A stretch of DNA of 64,000 bases from Hyaloraphidium curvatum SAG 235-1 (Eukaryota; Fungi; Monoblepharomycota), in assembly GCA_025558095.1 (NCBI GenBank), contig JAIVFI010000029.1, positions 248,001-312,000 of the forward strand, given 5' to 3'. The notes beneath the pieces are model-generated. The model was given only the letters and a program-made list of their open reading frames with translations, made no database searches and was not told the DNA's origin. The position numbers and the translations under genes were made by a program. Shown here piece by piece: positions 60,704 to 64,000 of this stretch (within the stretch, counting starts at the first letter, position 1; every line of letters begins with the position of its first letter).

Positions 60704-61881
60704 AAACCTTCCCTGAGGCTCCCTTGGACGATTTGGGTGTTTGCGTTGACGCATGCACGACCCCGGCCGCCGTGCTTAGCCCCGCCAACCCCCTCACGAC
60801 ATCTCGCGTCCAGCGCCTCAGCGTGCTGCCAAGGGTGCTAATTGCGATGGAAACATCGCCGCTCCGCGATGCCAAGGTCGAGGTCCTGGCAATTCAGGGC
60901 GGCAATTGGGTCAAGTGGTTGCCGAAGGCCGAACAGTACATCTGCATGGTCAAACTTGGGCCTCTCCTCAAGAGCAACAACAGGCCTCAGCACATGAAGG
61001 AAGGAGAGTTCGAGATCGCTGTCAGCCAGGCAAAGGGGTACCTGCAGATGCTTGCGGACCCGAGCTGGCACAAGGACATTGAGAGCCGCACCCCGGCCGA
61101 CTTCTGGACGTGGATCCAGCAGAGATGCCAACAACTCAATCCGAATGAATGCCGCATGGCAAAGTCCAAGATTCAGCGCTGGGAGTGGAACCCGGAAGTC
61201 GATTCCGAAGCGAACGCGAAGGACTTCCTCGAGAAGGTCCAAATGGCAGAAATCGTCGGATCCCCCGTTTCAGACAAGGGACAGCTCGACATCCTTCTTG
61301 ACGCGCAGACGCGTGTCCCTGTCAAGTACATGTACCAGCTGCAGACCCTCTCCACGAGAATGAAGGTACCGGGCGCGTTCGACGCGAACGAAAGGAACGC
61401 GGCGGGCGACTGCACAGCGAAGGCCCTCTTCGACGAGATTCAACAGAGATACACCAAGCAGACGAACGAATGAAGCTCGAGAAACGCGAAGACGCGTCTG
61501 ATCAGCAGCGTGAAGGTTTTGGATTCGTTGCTCAAGGCGGACCGGAATGCGGGCGCGGAGGCTTCCGCGGCGCGTACCATGGCGCGCGTGCCAACGAGCG
61601 AGGCAAACGACGCGCGTCACCCTACTTCAACGGCGATTGCTACAACTGCGGGAAGCCGGGCCATTGCGCGGTGGACTGCTGGAGTGCCCCCACCGGGAAT
61701 AGGGGCCGTGGCCGTGGCGCCAGCCGTGGCACCCGCTTCCGCCTCACCGACTCAACCGGGAGGCAGTTCATGGCCGAGATGGTCGGTGGCACGGAGGATG
61801 GAGACGAAAAGAGGCAGACCGATGAGATGCAAGCTCCAAAAGCAAATGAAGTGATGGCGCCTTGGGTGCGCGTGATTGCAG

Positions 61882-62045
61882 TCGCACGGGAGCACCGGCG
61901 AAGAGATGAGAAACCACACGGGAGAACCGGTGGAGTTGAGAAGTCGCACGGGAGCACCGGCGAGAGAGGCAAAGACCATGCGTGGGAGAACCATGATGGC
62001 CCGCATGGGAGAACCGGCGGAAAGGCATGGATGGGAGTACCACCA
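61882..62045 (+). repeat. Degenerate ~24-33 bp tandem repeat inside Copia gag-pol
   Basis: Repeated cacgggag(c/a)accgg core, about 6 units. Confidence 0.7.
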
Positions 62046-64000
62046 TGGCCTATTGGGCGCATCAGCAGATTGCATGCCATGGCAGCAATGTGGCTTGCTG
62101 AGACGTGATTCATGGAATCGAACTAACGTGATATCCTCACAGAGATGGAAGATATGATTCCCACAGAGCCTTTCTTGCAGGCAACCTTGGCAGACATTGA
62201 TGATAGTGTCCCCCAGGTGGCAAGTTGGGATCCAATCAACCCTCCAGATCAATTTGTTCAGATCACAGCTGCCATGGAAAAGTTGCAGTTAGCAGGAATA
62301 GCCAAGCCTGACAAGCACCATGGAATCCTGCTCGACTCTGGTGCATCATTCAACTCGTCTCCAGACCTGTCTGATTTTATGGAGATGTGGCCTCTTTGTC
62401 CTCCAGTTCAAATCACCCAAGTCCAAGAGAAATTATTTGCCAACTACGCGGGGACAATCATGATTCACTTCAATGATATGAAGAGGAAATGTCTGGTATC
62501 AAACGTACTGTTCATGCCCCTCAGTGCTTGCCGACTCCTGTCACTTGCACATTTCCAACGCAAAGGTTTTGAGTTCAGCGCCAAACCTCCTCAAAACCTG
62601 ACAGATCCCTCTGAACCACTCTTTGCAACCCTGACATTTGGAAATGAACCACGTGCCAAGGCACAGGTGGTGAACAACGTCTACATCCTGAATGCAGACG
62701 TGCTGCAGGGCAACAGCAACACGGTCGGAGACACTTCTCATGGCAGACAGGTGATGGTCCTTCAAGCAACTGATAAGGATCAACGGCGCCTCATCCATGC
62801 CCGCTTCGGCCATGTGTCACTTGACATGCTCCGACGCATGAAACTGCACAACCTCATCCAAGGTCTTGACAAATTTGATCTGGGAGCCATAGGAGATCAT
62901 GAGAACTGCGACTCGTGCATACGGGCAAAAATGGTTTCAGAACCATACCCGCCTCACCCGGTTTGCACGGCAAAAAGGCCATTACACGTTGCACATACGG
63001 ATATGGCCGTGAATTTCCCTAGATCCCTAGATGGCAAGCGCCATCTTCTCATCATTTTCGACGATGACACTCAGTTTCTTGCCACTTTCAACTTGGCCCT
63101 TCGCTCTGAAATGTCATCGACAATCATCAGATTCAGCGAACACGCCAGGAATCAATATGGATACGTTCTTGGCAACCTCCATGCGGACAATGAAGCCAAC
63201 ACGAAGGAACTCCAGGAACACCTCCACAAGATTGGGGCTCAGTTCAGACTCATCATCCCAGGACATCCCCAAATGAATTCGGTTGCTGAACGGGGAGTTC
63301 AAAAGATTGAGAAAATGATCCGTGCAATGCTGTTAGGGGAACAGCGACCCTCTGAGGAATGGTCTTTTGCCGCGAGTCATGTAGGGCACGTCCTCAACTG
63401 CGTGCCAACCACCAAATCATGGAGAAAGAACGCCGTTCCTCTGACTTTGTGGAGTGGAGAAATTCCAACAGTCGAAGACTTCTATACATTCGGGATGGAA
63501 TGCTGGGCCCAAGTGCGAGACAGAGAACTCACTACCTTGGCACCACGCGGTGCGCGAGCAATCTACTTGGGGAGAGCTCCAAACACAAAAGGGCACATGG
63601 TTCGTTTGATTGATTCAGGAAAAGTCATGGCAGTCCGAACCATAGTGCCAAATGAGCGCTACAGCGCACGCACTATCCCTTTCCTTGCACCCACTTCCTC
63701 AAAACCAGGCAAGGAAGCTGTCGACAGCACGGCAACGCCACCTCTTTCAACGTTCGATCTACTTGATCTCATCCAAACGGATGATCTAGTGCCTCAGGGG
63801 GAGGAGGAACAAGAGCCACTAGATCTTCATGAGCAGCAAGAACAGCAAGAGCAGAATGGACAGCACGATGGTCATTGCCCTGTGCGTCATTCTTCTCGGG
63901 CACAGCAGCCTCCCCGGGAATGGTGGAAAGCCCCACAACTGCAAGCTGTAATTATGGCAGGAATCCATGGACCAGTGCACATGGACTTTGGGAGCCAAGG

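Larger units (their letters stand above)
60546..64000 (+). mobile_element. Ty1/copia LTR retrotransposon (5' part; gag, protease, integrase), with inactivating lesions
   Basis: 5' LTR and PBS; CYNCGKPGHCAVDC knuckle; protease LLDSGAS (~62330); HARFGH..CDSC; integrase HTD..ADN..NSVAER. Confidence 0.93.

Noticed and set aside
61882-62045. CRISPR-like repeat array
   Set aside because: Degenerate coding repeats inside a Copia ORF, without unique spacers or cas genes, in eukaryotic DNA.

Overview
Eukaryotic, GC-rich and very gene-dense fungal DNA. About 32 protein-coding genes with short (~50-60 nt) spliceosomal introns fill 1-57 kb, followed by a nested retrotransposon cluster (57-64 kb). The gene set (LKB1-like kinase, CNOT11, OCRL-like phosphatase, WDR70, RanBP2-zinc-finger nucleoporin) points to an early-diverging, chytrid-grade fungus; a monoblepharid is my inference only. 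Best leads: (1) a Thg1-like 3'-5' polymerase (TLP type) with an in-frame CUG-initiated mitochondrial-presequence-like extension, a candidate mitochondrial tRNA 5'-editing enzyme; (2) an intronic box C/D snoRNA in NOC3 antisense to 18S rRNA; (3) unusually long structured introns and non-canonical splice sites (GC donor, GAG acceptor); (4) intergenic gaps of 20-110 bp, suggesting shared promoters, overlapping 3' UTRs or polycistronic transcripts; (5) a Copia element inserted in the RT catalytic motif of a LINE. Gene models were spliced by eye and identities come from recognised motifs, not database searches.
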